Below the pieces are notes generated by a model, which saw only the letters and a list, made by a program, of their open reading frames with translations, was not told the DNA's origin and made no database searches. From contig MU060561.1 in assembly GCA_013265495.1 (NCBI GenBank), positions 186,001 through 250,000 of the forward strand: 64,000 nt of DNA, read 5' to 3'. Positions 24,201-36,058 of this stretch are shown one piece after another. Numbering within the stretch: the stretch's first letter is position 1; every line of letters begins with the position of its first letter. The position numbers and the translations under genes were made by a program. Source of the stretch: Vicugna vicugna. Its lineage: Eukaryota.

Positions 24201-26368
24201 TAATCCTACATGAGCACAGCTACTGGTTAAATAAGGTTGTTTTCCTTAAAGTTAAAACACAGGACATTGGAAAACTGTCTGGGATTCAGTGTTGTGATGG
24301 GATTGGCCACCAAACAGCCTGTCTCCAGGAGACCAACCAGGTTTGGTTTAACCAGTCCTGAGTTTTTCCATGTCTGTCCATGAGACTTAGCACTGACCAC
24401 AGAGAAAACCCTGCACCCAGGACACCGCAGTACACATTCGGACTCCACATCCAGATGCAGACAGGATGCACCCATCTTCTCTGGCTGCCTCGGTTTATGG
24501 GATTGTCCTCCTCTAGAGACTAAAATTATTTGGGAACTCTCCAGGCCTTTGAGCCTGCTTCCTCCCACCCAAGGCAGACCACCGTTTCCACAGAAGTAAC
24601 TGTCTTCTTGTTTGTCTTTCTTTCCATGTCTCCAGACTTTACTTCTTAATGAGATTGGACCAGCCCAGCCAAAGGTCAGTTCTCTCCTATCCTCCCAGAC
24701 TCCAAACCTCAGAACACTGTGCTCCTCTAGATGTGAAAAAGCTTAGAGGTAAGAGGCTACAGAGACCATTCAGGGCCATCAGGGAATCCTCTGAGCAGGA
24801 GTCTGGAGCTGGGGGGGCGGGGGCCTGACCGCCACTGACCATCTCAATAAGCCATGTCCTGGGCTGACCCATTCTTGATGCCTGACTGTCATGTAATCAG
24901 CGTAGCCCTCCAGTCCCCAGTACTGGGTCTGGAAGCAGGAGGCTGAGTGTCCAGCCTCACCTGCCCTTCCCTACGAGATGACCTTGGGCACGGCATTACC
25001 TCCACTCTTTTGCGGACCCGCAAAATGGGAGCAATTATTTTTTATCACCAAAAGTCAAGCGCCTGTGAGACCTCTTCCAGACCTTTGATTCCTCTCCTTC
25101 TCAACACCCCTCCCCTAGCTCTCAGAGATAGAAATGATAATCACAATGACTGCCGTCTGAGGAGTACTTAGCATGTGTCAGGTGTTGTGCCAAGATCTTC
25201 ATACACATTTTCTTTCATGAACCTGACAATGACCCCAAGAGGTAGATTATTATCTCCACTGTAGACATGAGGAAACATGGGCACAGACGGGATGAATGCC
25301 TCTCCCCACAGTCACACAGCTTGGTATGTGGCCAGCTTAGCTACCAGAGTCACACAGCTGATAAGTGATGGGGCCACGGTCAAAGGCAGGTCTGACTTTG
25401 GGGCTCTGTGGAGTCCTCTTCTCCATCACACTGTTCTGCCTCTCGTGGGAGTCCTTAGCTGAACAAAACTAATGCCAGTGGCCAAGCCACCCATGAAGAC
25501 CATACACTGATGCTTCCAATCCAGCAGTCAAATGACAAGTGGACGAGATCAGCCTGCAACATACGGGAGGAGGACAGCGTCCCTGGTCACTCTGGAACAG
25601 ATCCCCGTGGCTGGCTTTTTCTGTAGCCAGCCTGCATGAGCCCCAGCTTAGCTATGGCGGCAAGCCAGCCCTCAAGGGTAAGAAGCAGGGGCCTTCTCTT
25701 TGGAGCTCCTGCCAGTAGAAACTGACCTACCTCTGTCTTCTCACAAGAAAGACTACACAGGGAATCTTGCATAAGTCACTCTGAGGATAGGAAGTAGCTG
25801 CCTTGTCCACCGTAAGTGCCTCCTCATTTCTAACCCAATCCCTTCTGCTGCAACAAAAGTTTGTGTTCAAGAAGAAAAGAGAAGGGCTGTCCACAGTTCC
25901 CCCAGGTCCTAGCAGACCCACCTTATCGATGAAGGAGGCGAACTTGTTGTTCAGAGCCTTGATCTGCTCCCGCTCCTGCGCCCGCACTTTCTGGATCTCG
26001 GGGTCCAGCTCCACGTTGAGCGGGGCTAGGAGGCTCTCGTTGACGGTGACCTGGTGGATGCCTCCAGGCGAGCACACAGTCGGGCACACAGGTCCCAGGG
26101 CCACACTGCCAAACATGCTGCCAGCAAAGCCGCTGGCCCGGCCCCGGCCAAATCCATACCCTCCGCTCTTCCCGCTGCCGCTGGCCAGGTTGAGGGTGAT
26201 GCTCCGGACGCCGCCCAGGTTGTACAGGCTCCGGCTTCCGAAGCCTCCGCTGAGCCCTTTGCCCCCTACCCTGTAGGAGGACGAGCTGCCCCCCGAGAGC
26301 ACAGCCGAGCAGCCACTGAAGCCCCCCTTGGCAGCAGCTCCCGACTTGCAGGTGAATTGGCGGCTCAT
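18220..26368 (-). CDS. KRT71: Keratin, type II cytoskeletal 71 (K6irs1), complete 9-exon gene, about 525 aa
   Basis: Exons read on the minus strand: 26368-25922 (447), 23536-23322 (215), 22852-22792 (61), 22281-22186 (96), 21829-21665 (165), 21469-21344 (126), 20155-19935 (221), 19274-19240 (35), 18431-18220 (212, ends TAG). All junctions are GT-AG and the total of 1578 nt is in frame. Head [27 protein letters not shown], helix-initiation [11 protein letters not shown], helix-termination [14 protein letters not shown] and tail ...[12 protein letters not shown] match KRT71 as I recall it. Confidence 0.96.
20760..20880 (+). mobile_element. MIR SINE (KRT71 intron 6)
   Basis: ctctgccacttattgctgtg...aacctctctgagcctcagtttccttctctgtaa. 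Confidence 0.7.
23640..23790 (-). mobile_element. MIR SINE (KRT71 intron 1)
   Basis: ctcacaacaaccacctgagg...gaaggaaactgaggcagagag...ccaaggtc is an antisense MIR. Confidence 0.65.
25150..25400 (-). mobile_element. MIR SINE (KRT71 intron 1)
   Basis: gtacttagcatgtgtcaggtgttgtgccaag...attattatctccactgtagacatgaggaaacatgggcacag...ccacagtcacacagct. Confidence 0.65.
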
Positions 26369-26462
26369 GCTTCCAGTGGAGACGGAGCTCAGACGCAGGA
26401 GGGACGAAGGCAAACTCCCACACGGTTCTGCAGGTTGCAGTGAGGACTGGCAGGTGCCCTCC

Positions 26463-26468
26463 TTTATA
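26463..26468 (-). promoter_or_regulatory. KRT71 TATA box
   Basis: Minus strand cacaTATAAAgg, 100 nt upstream of the ATG. Confidence 0.8.
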
Positions 26469-26635
26469 TGTGCTGGGCACTGGGGCTCGTGGCTGGCCAG
26501 TCAAGAGCTTAATTCGTGGGTTTGGCTTGCCTGGGAGCAAGAAGTCATTTTCTCTGTGCTGAGCCAGAGATCAAGCCTCCCCACCTCTGAGACAACACGA
26601 AACCTTGAAATTGCTGGCCTTGCAAGCCTTGCTCA

Positions 26636-26664
26636 TGTAATTTGGGTCTTATCTAATTAATTAA
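26636..26664 (-). promoter_or_regulatory. KRT71 proximal GATA and homeodomain (TAATTA) motif cluster
   Basis: TTATCT (AGATAA) at 26649-26654, overlapping TAATTAATTA at 26654-26663. Confidence 0.45.
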
Positions 26665-28859
26665 CCTGCTGTTACAGGGTAATTTGCCCCAGGCCCCAGC
26701 CTCTCCAGGGGGATGTCACTGGCTCGTCACCATCCCTCTTCTGATGAAACTTCTCTCGGTTGTGGGCTTCCTCTTGGGGGTCCAGGAGAGGAAGAACTGC
26801 CCTGGACAGGGCCGGCTGCTGGGTAGAGTATGTGAGGGCTGCAACCACAGCTGTGTCCTCCTGTCTCCTGGAGAAGGGCCGTTCATTCAGCTGCTCACCC
26901 CTCCCCCAGGCCTCCTGGAGACACCCCACTGCTGGCCTCTTCTCCTAACCCACAGAGGACAGCAGCCCTCTCGGGGTGGCTATTAGGGATGGAGTGGCCC
27001 TCTCTCTCCCTGGGTCATGAGCATCCCAGGCCAGAGCCAGCTGAGGACACAGGGAACCTTGGTGCTTCTGCAAGTTCTCCAGGAAGTGGGATTGCCGAAC
27101 TTTACCTCTTCCCAATTCCCATTCTAAGGCAGGCTAGAGGCTATTCAAGGGACACGCGACATCCAGCCTTGCGAGCACTGGACAGAATGAAGAAGAGAAG
27201 AGGAGGACGGAGTTGGACAGGTAGCTGAGAAATTCCCTGAAGTCAACTGGGAGGAGGGGCAGATACAGCAGAGAGGGGCTCATCCAGGGCCTGGGGTTTC
27301 AGGCGAAGCCGCCTAGGGGGTCCATGTCATCCTTTCTGTCTTTCCTCCAAGGTGTGTTTGCTAATAAGACCAGGAGCAACTTGAGGACAGGAATTACCTG
27401 TTTAGAGTTTGAATAAAGCTGTGTCTTTAGAAGGTGAGACTGGACTCATCACATCCCTGTGGACCCAGGCAAGCCAAGAATGCAGGCGGGCTGGGGCCTC
27501 CCCAGGAGTGCAGGTCTGGCTAAGAAGGGTGGCCCGGTGAGCACGGTGCCTCCTGCTCCAAACAGTCCTGCGATCCCTTCCCAGACTTCCTGCCGTCCCC
27601 TCCCTGCTGGGTCACTGGCTCCCGCAGTGGACCCCAGTGCTCTCCGATGATTGTCGCTGCTGCTGTGGCCCCTGTTCTGCCCACGGCCAGCTCTCCTCCT
27701 AGAGACTGCCATTGCCCAGGGATCTCTCCTGGGGCCCTGTGGGTGGGTTGAGTGTGACCACAGGACAGAGGGGAATCTGGGGCCAGGCTGGTGTGTCCTC
27801 TCTCACTTTGTTTAGGGGGTTAACCTGGAATCCCTTCCTCTGCGCTCCTCCCCAGCCTTCCCCCTGCTGTTTTGTCTTCTTGGTTCACCAGCATTTCTTT
27901 CCCTCACTTGTCTCTCTCCCCTCTCCTGTCTCCATCCAGCCTCATCCCTCCTCTCCATCTTCCATCCATCCTCCCTGTCTCCTTCTTGCTCTGCTGCTCC
28001 CCTGTCCTGCTCTCTTCCCGGAGGTCTTCCCAGGTCATCATTTCCCTGATCTTACTCTCCCATCTCCCTCAGCCCCTAGTGTGTTCTTGGCATGTGCCTC
28101 TGTGGGCAGCTCCCACGAGCTTCCTCTGAAGGCTGCGTCACATGTCATCTCAGCTTCCTTTGTGGGGGGAGTGGAAGGGTCCCAGATCAGCCTCCGCCTA
28201 CTGCATGCCTCCCTCCCTCCCCTTCTCCCTCAGTAAACCTCTGGGAGCGCTTACCGTGTGCCAGTCATTGTGCCCAGTGCCGGGGACACAGGAGCTTGTG
28301 CTATAGCACCAAAGGCTGTCACAGCTCGTGCAACCCTGTCCTCACATGGTCCCCTCGATGGCTTTGCTGGCTGTGTGTTTGATGTGCTCCTTACTGCGGC
28401 CAAGGCCAGGTCACCCATGGGCCTCATCTTCAAATACCTCCAAAATTTTGCCAAAATATTATTACTCAGCCTAGAGCACCTTCTCATCCCATCTCTTCTG
28501 ACCCAAATTCTTCTGCTCTTTCAACATCCTGCTTAAACCGTGGACTTAGCCTCATGTCCTCCCGGTGCCCTGAACCCCTCTGTCCGCTGACACCTGTGTG
28601 GAGGCAGCCATGTTCCCTAGGGCCAGGGGCCTAGGTGAGGGTTCCATGTCCCCCACTCGACTCCTCCTTCCATAGCTTCCCTCAGGGCCCATGACCAGCC
28701 TCTGGACATCCCTTCCTAGGTGCGAGAGAACTGACAGTTGTTGGAGCAGCAGCGAAACGGCAGGGCTGGTGCCTTTTGGGGAAACTCCTGGGTTTGCATC
28801 CACCTCGAATGGCGCCAGGCAGGAACCCAGGCTCCAGGAGCTGGTTCTAAGGGCCTGAA

Positions 28860-29020
28860 TTCCACCACCCAGTAGTGCGTAACCTCTTTAAGCCTCAGCT
28901 TCCCAATTCTAACTGGGATAATCTCCATGTGGGGTGGCTGTGACGATTACAGGTGTTAATTCATGTAAAGCCTTGGTAAGTGCCTGGTACATAGTCAGTG
29001 TTCCGTAAATGTTATCAATG
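28860..29020 (+). mobile_element. MIR SINE
   Basis: aacctctttaagcctcagcttccc...ttaattcatgtaaagccttggtaagtgcctggtacatagt. Confidence 0.7.
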
Positions 29021-31199
29021 ACCAAAAGGAGAGCATAAAGTAGAATTTAGGAATCGGCCTGTCCTCTCCTCTCCCTCCTTCCTCTCCTCTGGCAGAGGAT
29101 GTCTAGATCAGTCCCATACAGTGACACCTGCTGTTGGGGGACCAGGAGGGGCTGGTGTTCCCAGAGGTCCCAAGCTCAAGGAATGTCTCCACTCAGACCA
29201 CCTATGATCATGAAAAATTCACCATTTGAAACACTAATAGACACTGTCTAATAAGTACTTTCCACATTACAAGACTCGGTAGGAAGCCCTTTTCAAACAT
29301 GAAGTGGGTTGGAATTGATCCTTTTATCAAAAACTCACTTAATCCCCACCAAGTGCTGAGGGAGGCAAGACAAATTATTCTACCCTCAGAGAGCTTTCTG
29401 GATCCGTCCAAACACAGGTATCCTTGGGAAAAACCTCTCATCAAGCTATGAACAAGTCATTAACACCTTAGCATAAACTAGGTAATTAGACAGTGACCAT
29501 TAAGAATGAAACACCCAATGTTGTTGATGAGGATAATGGTAGCAGAGGAAGGAGAGGCCTTCCGGGCCACCCACAGGAAGGGTGGGCCCAGGTGGGGCTC
29601 CTGGGGTGCTTGTGTTTTTCCTGGAGGAAAAGAGGGAGGGAGGGAGGGATTGAAGAAAACCAGGGCAGGGTGGCAGGTCACCAAGGTTCCAAAGGCCCTG
29701 CCCTCACTTTAACTGAGACCCAGGGAGACTTAGGGGCAGGAGGAAACAGAGCTCTCAGCTTTGGGAGGCCTCTCAGAGGGTGTGATCTACAACGTCCCAC
29801 ATTCCAGCTTCATCTTCCCTGACGCCCTCCGCAGTACCAGGGTCTCCCACCTTTTTGAGGTGGGAATCAGATTCTGAGCGATGCTTGGCCAGGTACGGGC
29901 ATCTCTGAGCTGCAGTTTAACCCACCTGTGAATTGGTGGAAGGAAGTGTGTCAGATCAGAGAATCACATCCTCAAGTTATCAGGAATATCTAGCTTGAAG
30001 ATTCAAGGAAAATTTAAATTCCTTGTCAAATAAATTACATTTGTATGGCCCTTGGTTTTATGGCCAAAATGTTTTATTCCATTTACACAATCTGTCGCTT
30101 TCTTTGTGGTTTTGTGTTTACTTCTGGACAATGATAAGTTTGGCATGTTTGTGTGGTTCCACGGCCTCCAACAGGACCCACTGACTCCCCCTTCTCATTG
30201 TTCTGGGGTCTGATAAGTCTCCAGAGGAGGTCTCAGAGAGGGAAGGGTGAGAAAATCTGGTACAATCCAAGAGAGTGATTGCTGGGTGAGAGGCAAAGGG
30301 AATGCACAAAGGAGAGGCAAGACCGGGGACATTGAATCCACAAGGGCTGTCTGGAGGAGGGGTTTAGATTCCAGTCTTTAAAGTGAAAAAGACTTGGGTA
30401 GACTGGCAGTGAGGAATGGTGAATGCAGCCCAGGCTGGCAGGAGGAAGGGCATCTGTGAGGAAAAAACCCTTCAGTGTGGAGTAATTATGAGTAAAGGGG
30501 TAGAGGGATCCTAGATCCCAAGCTGCACATATGACAGGGAGAGCAATAGGGAGCCATTGAGGACTCTGGAGCCAGGCAGAGCCTGAGTGATACATGTTTG
30601 AGGAAGCAGAATCTAGCTGCCATGTGGGTAGGAGTTGGGAGTGAGGGGTCATGCAGAGAGGCTGCAGGCACGGAGAGAAGGGCAGGTGGTACTCTGAGTA
30701 AGTAATTGTCTCCAAAATTAGAGAGAATGAGCTAGTCTGTTTGGATGACATCAGCTCAGGCCCTGCCAACCCTCCTCAGCAGATGGACCCAGGAAATGAG
30801 CCTGTTGTCTGTGACTCCCTCACAAGCCCCCCTCCTCATCCCCCTACATCCTCCTGTAATTTCGGGCGGGCAGGGCATGTATCCCCAAGCCAGCTGGATG
30901 GTGCGCAGTTCCTGGGGGGACTTGGCCACAATCAAAGCTGCTCATCGGGGGCAGGATAGCTGTCAGCAGGTTTGCAGCTGGCAAGGCCAGAAGTGACCTC
31001 ACCAGAGGAGCTGGGATATAAAGGTGGGAGGAAGGCTGTCTTGCTGGCTACTCAGCTCTGCTCCCATCCTGCCGTTTCGCTGCCAGGGTAGCCCCATCCC
31101 CCTCGTTTTCTCCTCTCTCAGCTCCGTGGCCGCGACCATCCCCTTTGAGCTTTGCTGGCCATCTCCTTCCTCTAGCCCCAGCCAAGCCTCTGGCGAAGT

Positions 31200-31440
31200 A
31201 TGTGGACTTGGGACTCTGAGGACCCAGGTTCCGGTCCTGCCGTGTGACCATGGGCAGTTCTCCCAACTTCCTAAGCCTCTGTTTCCACATCTCTAAGAAA
31301 GAGGGGACTAACATCCACTCCACCTACTCCCTGAGGTGAATGGGAGGCACCTGGTAAATAATAGTGATAATAACAGTAATAATAATAATAATAATAGTAA
31401 TAATAGCTAACATACAGTGCGAGCTCTGCCAGACACTGNN
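31200..31440 (+). mobile_element. MIR SINE(s) with an (AAT)n-rich tract at about 31357-31410
   Basis: gtgtgaccatgggcagttctcccaacttcctaagcctctgtttccacatct, then aataatagtgataataacagtaataataataataataatagtaataatag. Confidence 0.6.
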
Positions 31441-32063
31441 NNNNNNNNNNNNNNNNNNNNNNNNNNNNNNNNNNNNNNNNNNNNNNNNNNNNNNNNNNNN
31501 NNNNNNNNNNNNNNNNNNNNNNNNNNNNNNNNNNNNNNNNNNNNNNNNNNNNNNNNNNNNNNNNNNNNNTTCAGCTAGTGAGCAGCTGAACCAGGATTTG
31601 AACCAGAGTCCAACCCAGGCAGCCTGACTGCAATCTGCATCCTCAGCCTTCACCCGGTCCTGGCTTTCTTGTGTGTGAATATCCAGTGCAGGTGCCTGCC
31701 CTGTTCCAGGTGTACACAGCTGACTCTAGCCTCCCACAGCCCAGTTCCCATTCCCTCTGACACCTGAACCACAGGGTAGAAAACTGAGCTCCCCAGCACA
31801 GACTTACTCTTCCCACACTCTTCTTCCTGCCCCAGGCCCTCCAGCCAGCGGATCTGACCCCAACTCCCCTTCACAGCCTGCTTTGCTCTTTTGAAGACAA
31901 TTGCTCAATTGAAGGCAGTTTCAGGACTTGGGTGAGGAGTGCTCGTAAGACCATTGTGTGTTTCTCACACGCATCATGCTTTTCCCTGATGACATGCTCT
32001 GGGCTGGTGTCCCAGACTCCTGCCCACCAAGGCAGGCTTGTTCTTTTCTTTAAGACAAACCAA

Positions 32064-32812
32064 NNNNNNNNNNNNNNNNNNNNNNNNNNNNNNNNNNNNN
32101 NNNNNNNNNNNNNNNNNNNNNNNNNNNNNNNNNNNNNNNNNNNNNNNNNNNNNNNNNNNNNNNNNNNNNNNNNNNNNNNNNNNNNNNNNNNNNNNNNNNN
32201 NAGAAAACTATAATTCAAAAAGGCACATGCACCCACTGTTCACAGCAGCTCTGTTTACNNNNNNNNNNNNNNNNNNNNNNNNNNNNNNNNNNNNNNNNNN
32301 NNNNNNNNNNNNNNNNNNNNNNNNNNNNNNNNNNNNNNNNNNNNNNNNNNNNNNNNNNNNNNNNNNNNNNNNNNNNNNNNNNNNNNNNNNNNNNNNNNNN
32401 NNNNNNNNNNNNNNGAATGAAGTCTGACCGAGAAAGACAAATATCATATGATCTCATTTATATGTGGAATCTTTAAAAAATGATACAAATTCTGTTTACA
32501 AACCAAAAACAGACTCATGGACATAGAAAACAAACCATGGTTGCCAAAGGGGAAAGGTGGGGAGGGATAAATTAGGCATTGGAGATTAGCAGATACACAT
32601 TACTATATATGAAATAGATAAGCAACAAGGACCTGCTGTATAACACAGGGAACTATATTCAATTTATTGTAATAACATATAATGGAAAAGAATCTTAAAA
32701 AATATGTATGTATGTATAGGTATAACTGAATCACTTTGCTATACACCTGAAACCAACATTGTAAATCAACTACACTTCAATAAAAAAAAATTTCATTAAA
32801 GATATCTTTAAA
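32064..32812 (+). mobile_element. 5'-truncated L1 (3' end, partly in gaps) with target-site duplication
   Basis: L1 3' UTR text (gaaaactataattcaaaa; gaaagacaaatatcatatgatctca; ataactgaatcactttgctatacacctgaaacc...aataaaaaaaaa). AAGACAAACCAA flanks it at 32052-32063 and 32813-32824. Confidence 0.9.
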
Positions 32813-33759
32813 AAGACAAACCAAGACACCCCTCTGCTAAGAGACCTCCCCTCAGCCCTGCCTGGGTCAGCTGCAGCTTTCTGCACACAACCCTATCGCC
32901 CAGGTGCTGTGCACATCCCTCCAGCCTAAAGTTATCTAACAGGTCCCTCTGAGGTTGGGGCTCGTGGTATGAACTGTGAGTTCTGCTGGCCAGCTGACAG
33001 ACGTGCTCCCACACGTGTCAGAGGCCATGTGGGGGTGCACGTCTGTGTGCCAGTGACTGTGAACACAGACGTGAGCAGGATGGTGTCCACCTGGTAGGGA
33101 CTAGTATAGCTGTCCTGGTTGTCTGTAGCTGACACCTACTGTGATGGGTTAGTGCCTGATTGTACCAGTTGTTAAGTATTTTGAGTACCTTCCATAGACT
33201 TGGGCCATCCACTTGAGCGGATGAGCACGTGTCTATGCGAGAGTACCCAGGTTTCTGATGACAGTCCACCTGACGCTGGGCCCCATCTTGATTTAGCTAT
33301 CGCCTTCAGACGTCCATGTCTCTGTTCCTCTCCATTAGGGGCAACTAGCATGAGTCAATTGTCCTGTTTTTATTATATTCTTTTAGAATAATAGCCTTGG
33401 GGGATGTGGTGACTCCCAGCTGGAAACCAATTGACAGAATCAAATTTATTCACTTATTCAATGTCCCTGAGACCATGAAAGCAGGAGAGGTTCTACTTAG
33501 CTGCACCGGAAAGATTATCACTTCCCACGGGCAGGAGGATGGACAAGGTGACTTCTCAAGGTCAGAGCATCCGTTTCAATGTGACTTTCTCTACCAATGA
33601 ACATGGATGAGTCAGTTAAAGCCTTACTCTATACCATGCTTGGAACTAAGCTTGGAATGTTCACAAAGATCAGGAAATGGAAAGGTCAAAGGCGGAAGGA
33701 GAGGTGCAGAGAGGAGGGGCAGGAAAGAGCGGAGGGGGTTCCAGGAGACAGGGCACAGA

Positions 33760-33900
33760 CATTGGGACTGCCAGTTCTCTTTAGCATCCGCCCTCATGAC
33801 ATAAGCGCCTCCCGAAGGCCCCACCTCCTAACACCATCATCTCTGGGGGTGGGATTTTAACACATGAATTCTGGGAAGACACACATGTTCAGACCACAGA
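33760..33900. mobile_element. MaLR LTR fragment (MLT1-like)
   Basis: ccctcatgac...cctcccgaaggccccacctcctaacaccatca...ggattttaacacatgaattctgggaagacaca is typical MaLR LTR text. Confidence 0.6.
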
Positions 33901-33904
33901 GGCT

Positions 33905-34805
33905 ATTTCCACCTTCGGCTATTGTGAACTGTGCTGCTATGGATATGCACATACATACATATGTTTAAGCACCTGTTTTCAACTCTTAGATACAGACCTA
34001 GGAGTGAAATTGCTGTTATATGATATTTCTATGTTTAACTTTAAGAGGAACTGCCCAACCATTTTCCACGGTGGCTGAACCATTTTACATTCCCTCCAGC
34101 CATGTACGAAGGTTCCAGTTTCTCCACACCTCACCAGCACCTTTTATTTTCCATTATTTTTTTATTGCCGCCATCCTAATGGGTGTGAAGCAGCACTGCT
34201 TTGAGGTTTGGATTTGCATTTCCCTGATGACTAATCACGTTGAGCATCTTTTCGTCTGCTTGTCGGCTGTTTGTGTATCTTCTCTGAAGGAAGGGCCCTT
34301 AATTTCCTCTGCTCATTTTAAAATTGGGCTGTCTGTCTTTTTGTTATTGAGCTGTAAGAGTTCTTTCTGTGTTTTAGGTACTAGACCCTAATCAGATATA
34401 TGATTTGCAAATACTTTCTCTCATTCTGTAAGTTACCTTGTCAGCTTTCTTGGCAATGCCCTTTGATGTACAGCGATCTTTAATTTTGATGAAATCTAGT
34501 TTCTCCATTTTCTCTTTTGTTTCCTGGGCTTTTGGTGCCATATCTAAGAATCCACTGCCAAATCCCAGATCATGAGGATTCACCTCTACATTTCCTTTTA
34601 AGAGTTTTATGGTGTTAGCTCCTAGATTTAGGTTGTTAATCAAATTTGAGTTAATTTTTGTATACGGTGTGAAGTAGGAGTCCAACTTCATTCTTCTGTA
34701 TGTGCAAATCCAGTTGTCCCAGGACTATTTATTGAAGAGGTTGTTTGTTCCTGCACTGAATGGTCTTGGTATTCTTGTCAAAATGGCCATAGGTGTATGG
34801 ATTTA
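33905..34805 (-). mobile_element. Old L1 fragment (ORF2 C-terminal region)
   Basis: ORF 34392-34691 reads MKLDSYFTPYTKINS...TIKLL...DLGFGSGFLDMAPKAQETKEKMEKLDFIKIK, which is L1 ORF2p. Flanks carry antisense L1 text (ggctattgtgaactgtgctgctatg; ttgagcatcttttc). Confidence 0.9.
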
Positions 34806-35884
34806 ACCCCCCAAAATCTTTTAAACACATTTGTGCTGGATAGAAAGATTCTAGGAACAACATCCTCTATGTGTGTCTGTTTGATGAAGCTCTTTTATGC
34901 GCCTACAAATTGCTAAGCCCGGCAAAGAATAAGAGCAGTCCTTGCCTTTGGGGCCCCCAAATCTGGTAGTGATGGAATCAGTCACACACAGAGATCATCC
35001 CAATCACCTGTGGAAGTATTATGGTGGAGGTGAACATTGCGCACTGCGAGATCCTAGGAGATAAGCACTCAGCTCAGCCTGGGGGTTCAGGAAATCTTCC
35101 ACGTAGAGTGGGTACCTGAACAGAATCTCAAAGGAAGAGTAAAAGTCCAATAACAAAAGGTGTGAATGGCAACGGAAAAAACAAGAACCGATGTGCATGA
35201 GCATCATTCGGCCAGATGACTCAGATCCCAGAGGGATCTTCACTGGAGGTCTACACAGAGCAAGTGAACCAGATGCTTACCCTTGTAGACAGTGTGGGGC
35301 TCCCTCACTGCCCTGGGCTGCTCTCCTACCAACACTGCCACACGTGCCCATTCCTTCCGGTCTCTTTGCCCTGTGCGCTGGAGTCTGACCCACAGAATTG
35401 AAGTTGATCGCCACTGGTCCCGCCTCCATGATTTCTGTCTTGGGCTTCAAAGGAACCTCCAAGCTGAGTCCTAAAGCAAGAGTACAGGCACCCTGCACAA
35501 TTCTCAGGATCCTAATTAAGCCCCAGATGACAAAGACTCCCCATCTCTCAGGCGGATAAGCTGCATAAAGGGGGCTGCCCTCTGCCCTCCTCAACAGCCC
35601 AGCACAGGACGTGTAACCTCCATTCCCCAAAGCACATCCCGCAGGCTCTGGGCCGCTCACCACGCACCCAGGGCTGGGCGCAGCACTCAGGCCTCAAGCC
35701 CAGCAGTCAAGGGGTGCCTGCACTGGGACCCTGGGGGAGACCATCCACTGATGGGTCACAGAGTCCTCTAAAGATTATTTCAGGGTGTGGGTCCCACTCA
35801 CCCCCTCACCCCAGCCCCTCTTACTGGATCACTAGGAATTTGGTCTTTTGGGAAAGGCAGAGCATCAGTGCTTGGAAGACCTTA

Positions 35885-36058
35885 GGGGTAGCTTGTCCTG
35901 GTGTACGAGACCCAGGGAGTCCACAGATGGACTTCAGGGGTCTGTGAATTTCTGAACGTGCAGACAGACATAATTCTGTACACTTTTCAGGAGGAAAAGT
36001 CCGTAGCTTTCAACAGAACTCAAAAAGGTCCATGACTCACAAGGTTGAGAAGCACTGG
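35885..36058. mobile_element. hAT-Charlie-type MITE (family not assigned)
   Basis: ggagtccacagatggacttcagggggtctgtgaa...aaaaggtccatgactcacaaggttgagaagcactg resembles MER-type terminal sequences. Confidence 0.5.

Noticed and set aside
26190-26215. Apparent 2-residue insertion in the KRT71 head ([10 protein letters not shown]) relative to human
   Set aside because: The comparison is from memory and head-domain indels are common. It is more likely a human-lineage deletion than a novelty here.
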